DNA of 64,000 bases from Alphaproteobacteria bacterium (GTDB lineage Bacteria > Pseudomonadota > Alphaproteobacteria > CAAHEQ01 > UBA3637), in assembly GCA_045605805.1 (NCBI GenBank), contig JAZUQR010000010.1, positions 32,001 to 96,000 of the forward strand. The letters run 5' to 3'. The notes beneath the pieces are model-generated. The model was not told the origin of the DNA and made no database searches. It worked only from the letters and a program-made list of their open reading frames with translations. Below, piece by piece: positions 61,111 through 64,000 of the stretch (position 1 is the stretch's first letter; every line of letters starts with the position of its first letter). The position numbers and the translations under genes are program-made.

Positions 61111-62892
61111 TTACACCTCCACGACTTTATCGCCCGTTTTGATGTTATCGCCTTTTTTAACAAACAGGTGTTTTACTGTACCATCTGTGGCGGCTTTGAT
61201 AGGCGTTTCCATTTTCATCACTTCCACAACCACCAAAGTATCACCCGCTTTTACCGCTTGACCTTCGCTTACCAACACTTGCGTCACCATCCCAGGCATG
61301 GGGGCCGTTATGATGCCACCCACCCCTGATGCTTGGGCGGGTTGTTCGGCCGTTGGTGTGGCAACTTTTTCTTCACCAATGGTATATTCTTTACCATTCA
61401 CAATGGCCTTATTCCCATCCAATTTCACTTCAAACTTTTCACCATTGATGATGATGTTGTCCGTATTTGTTTTTGGGGTTTGCTTTTCTTCGTTCAAGCG
61501 CACAGATACTTTGCCTTTGCCCAACAGGAAATCAATTCCCTTTTGCCCGCAGGCGGCCGCAATAAAGATATTTTCATCCGTTGTCGGCAAGTTCGCTTCT
61601 TTTAACTCTGCCACATAATGTGCTTTGGCCTTTTGTGGGTTTTTATCGTTTAAGGCCAACACTGTTTGTGTTGTGGGTTTTAATCCCAATTGTTCCGAAG
61701 CCAGCTTCACAATGCGTGCATCCGGTGAAACAGGCGTTTTTCCAAAATAACCCAGTACCATTTTGCCATAGCCTTCTGCCATTTTTTTCCATTTGCCATA
61801 CAGCACATTATTAAATGCCTGTTGGAAATAGAATTGGCTGACCGGCGTCACAGAAGTGCCAAAGCCCCCCTTTTGGACAACCTCCTCCATCGCATTGATG
61901 ATATCGTTATATTTATCCATAATCCCATTATCACGCAACATTTGTGTGTTGGCTGTTAAAGCCCCACCCGGCATGGGTGAAAAGGGAATGCGTGGATCGG
62001 CATGTAAGGCTTCCGGCGGCAGATAGTATTTACTTAAAGCCTCTTTCAAATGTTCTTCCACCTGCATCACTTTATCTATATCACAATTCAGTTCGTACGG
62101 TTTGCCACGCAAGGCGTGCCACATGGTGGCGACATCCGGTTGGCACGTGCCACCCGATACAGGTGCCAATGATAAGTCAACTGTATCAGCCCCTGCTTCA
62201 ATGGCAGCCAGATAACAGGCCAAACCTGTGCCAGCTGTTTCGTGTGAGTGATATGTGATTGGGCATTTTGGCCCCAAAATCTTGCGAGCTGCTTTGATTG
62301 TTTCATAAACAGTTTGCGGTGTGCCTGTACCACTTGCATCCTTAAACGCCACCGAATCAAACGGTATTTTTGCTTTGATAAAGGCTTTCAGGCGATTGGC
62401 ATAAAATTCGGCCGTATGCGCCCCAGATAACGCCGGTGGCAGACTCATCATTGCAACAGCCAGTTGATGTTTTAAGCCAGCTTTTTTAATACATTCGGCA
62501 CTGTATTTCAAATTATTTGGATCATTTAATGCATCAAAATTACGAATTGTTGTCATCCCATGTTTTTTGAACAGTTCGGCATGCATTTTAATCAGTTCGG
62601 AACTCATAGAATCCAACGCCACCACATTGACACCCCGTGCCAATGTTTGAAGGTTGGCTTTTGGGCCGGCCGCTTTTCTGAAATTATCCATGATATCAAA
62701 AGCATTTTCGTTCAAATAGAAAAAAGCCGATTGAAAGGCTGCCCCACCCCCTGCTTCCAAATAAGTCAAACCGGCCTTAGCGGCTTCCGATACCACAGGC
62801 AGATAGTCTTTACTTTGCACACGCATCCCAAACACAGATTGAAAACCGTCCCGAAAAGCCGTACACATAACATTTATTTTTTTTGGTTTCAT
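61111..62892 (-). CDS. oadA: oxaloacetate decarboxylase alpha subunit (carboxyltransferase plus biotin carrier)
   Basis: FRDGFQS, FKD, HSH, MPGG, VTPVSQ, EVMKM. Confidence 0.92.
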   Translation of the reverse strand: MKPKKINVMCTAFRDGFQSVFGMRVQSKDYLPVVSEAAKAGLTYLEAGGGAAFQSAFFYLNENAFDIMDNFRKAAGPKANLQTLARGVNVVALDSMSSELIKMHAELFKKHGMTTIRNFDALNDPNNLKYSAECIKKAGLKHQLAVAMMSLPPALSGAHTAEFYANRLKAFIKAKIPFDSVAFKDASGTGTPQTVYETIKAARKILGPKCPITYHSHETAGTGLACYLAAIEAGADTVDLSLAPVSGGTCQPDVATMWHALRGKPYELNCDIDKVMQVEEHLKEALSKYYLPPEALHADPRIPFSPMPGGALTANTQMLRDNGIMDKYNDIINAMEEVVQKGGFGTSVTPVSQFYFQQAFNNVLYGKWKKMAEGYGKMVLGYFGKTPVSPDARIVKLASEQLGLKPTTQTVLALNDKNPQKAKAHYVAELKEANLPTTDENIFIAAACGQKGIDFLLGKGKVSVRLNEEKQTPKTNTDNIIINGEKFEVKLDGNKAIVNGKEYTIGEEKVATPTAEQPAQASGVGGIITAPMPGMVTQVLVSEGQAVKAGDTLVVVEVMKMETPIKAATDGTVKHLFVKKGDNIKTGDKVVEV

Positions 62893-63050
62893 TTTCCTCT
62901 CCTTGCCAAAGAAATTGCCAATGCGATTTTATTCAAATCTTCTTTTTCTTGTACACAACAGGTTAACACTTTCATTGCCCCAATCAACAGCAATAAAAAC
63001 GCAAAAACACCGCCCATGCCGGTCACCGTAATAAACAAAACTTGTGTCAT
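62889..63050 (-). CDS. oadG: oxaloacetate decarboxylase gamma subunit, 53 aa
   Basis: MTQVLFITVTGMGGVFAFLLLLI...IALAIS; GGAGG RBS; ATGA overlap with oadA; too short for the ORF track. Confidence 0.85.
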   Translation of the reverse strand: MTQVLFITVTGMGGVFAFLLLLIGAMKVLTCCVQEKEDLNKIALAISLARRGK

Positions 63051-63120
63051 AAAATCCTCCCTTTTATGCGTTTATTTTAAGACATCCTTTTCCAAAAGTC
63101 AACGCCAAATAGAGACTGAT

Positions 63121-63149
63121 TTGACAATTTTTAAGTTTTATGGTATAAT
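63121..63149 (+). promoter_or_regulatory. consensus sigma70 promoter
   Basis: TTGACA-N17-TATAAT with TG extension. Confidence 0.8.
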
Positions 63150-63179
63150 TTTATTGTTCCCATTTCACAGGAGGTTTTT

Positions 63180-64000
63180 ATGAACAAAAAAGAAACTGTT
63201 TTTCACATCGAAACAAAAAACGCAATCAATACTTTACAACCACATCCTAAAACCGCATATCTAACAGAGCTGGCTGAGGAGAAAAAACGTTCCTTCCAAC
63301 GCAAAGGTTTGTTGGCTATTGCCACTTCTGCTGTTTTAGGTTTGACGGCTTTCTTTTCTTTTGGTAAAAAAGGAAATGATACGACCCGACCTGATACACC
63401 TGCTTCTTCAAAAATACAAAAAACAGAAAAAGCCAAACGACCAGCAACACCATTGTATGAAACATTGGCTGCTACACAAACAAATGTGTTGGACAATGCT
63501 GCGACCGTGTTGCCCCCTGATCCTTTTAACTATTATACAAATCAATTTTCCAAAGTTTTGTCAAAGGATGTTTCTCTTGATACGATTCAAACATATGCTT
63601 CGGCTATGACAAATTTGCCCCCTAATCCTTTTAACTATTATACAAATCAATTTTCCAAAGTTTTGTCAAAGGATGTTTCTCTTGATACGATTCAAGCATA
63701 TGCTTCGGCTATGACAAATTTGACAACCAACCCTAAAACACAACGGGTTGCGCTGGTTTCTTCCGAAACATTATTGAAAAAAATGGTTGCCTTGTTTGAG
63801 ACTATGCCCACACATCAATTGACAGATTTGGCTGAGGGTAAATTAGACACCGGATATTTTTCTTATGACAGAATCACACAAGCTGTGGTTAAGAATCCAG
63901 AAAATACACGGGATATCATCCAACGCACTGTTGAAGTGACACAGGCTTATGCTTTACATCGCCAATGCCAATCCCACATTGAAGCAAACGAAGGAAACTG
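63180..64000 (+). CDS. membrane-anchored hypothetical protein (runs off window)
   Basis: AGGAGG RBS, open frame MNKKETVFHIE...GLLAIATSAVLGLTAFFSF...; no stop before the window end. Confidence 0.75.
   Translation, partial: MNKKETVFHIETKNAINTLQPHPKTAYLTELAEEKKRSFQRKGLLAIATSAVLGLTAFFSFGKKGNDTTRPDTPASSKIQKTEKAKRPATPLYETLAATQTNVLDNAATVLPPDPFNYYTNQFSKVLSKDVSLDTIQTYASAMTNLPPNPFNYYTNQFSKVLSKDVSLDTIQAYASAMTNLTTNPKTQRVALVSSETLLKKMVALFETMPTHQLTDLAEGKLDTGYFSYDRITQAVVKNPENTRDIIQRTVEVTQAYALHRQCQSHIEANEGN
63510..63722 (+). repeat. 105-bp near-perfect in-frame tandem duplication
   Basis: LPP(D/N)PFNYYTNQFSKVLSKDVSLDTIQ(T/A)YASAMTN occurs twice. Confidence 0.92.

Overview
Chromosomal window of an AT-rich Alphaproteobacterium. 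The class is inferred from GapR/DUF2312, TrcR/DUF1013, DivK, DUF4167, DUF2066, HdaA and the MFS-PlsC-acyl-ACP synthetase fusion; a reduced-genome uncultured lineage is a guess. Most of the window is housekeeping: gyrA 3' end, groESL, the lpxL-lpxK-waaA/lpxC/kdsB envelope genes, lolA, ftsK, spoT-rpoZ-acpS, metG, rnhB and oadGAB, plus three tRNAs (Thr-CGT, Arg-CCG, Gln-TTG). The most striking unexplained structure is a tRNA-anchored array of single-gene cassettes, with no integrase visible in the window. Behind tRNA-Gln (35686-~41400) and behind tRNA-Thr (11247-12190), each AT-rich cargo gene is bracketed by two stereotyped ends. The left end is CCA, a terminator, an IHF-like motif and a ~52-bp palindrome starting 57-59 nt after CCA. 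The right end is one copy of the same palindrome arm, with exactly 30 nt from arm start to a regenerated NCCA. The arm resembles the tRNA T-loop, which starts 25 nt from the CCA end. This 5-bp offset matches the attP/attB geometry of large serine recombinases, and the arm sequence co-varies between the two ends of a cassette. Other oddities: a tRNA-derived hairpin element, a duplicated groEL start, several apparent pseudoenzymes, small unannotated Cys-motif peptides and a eukaryote-like 1120-aa Cys-repeat protein. All family assignments are by motif recognition, not database search.
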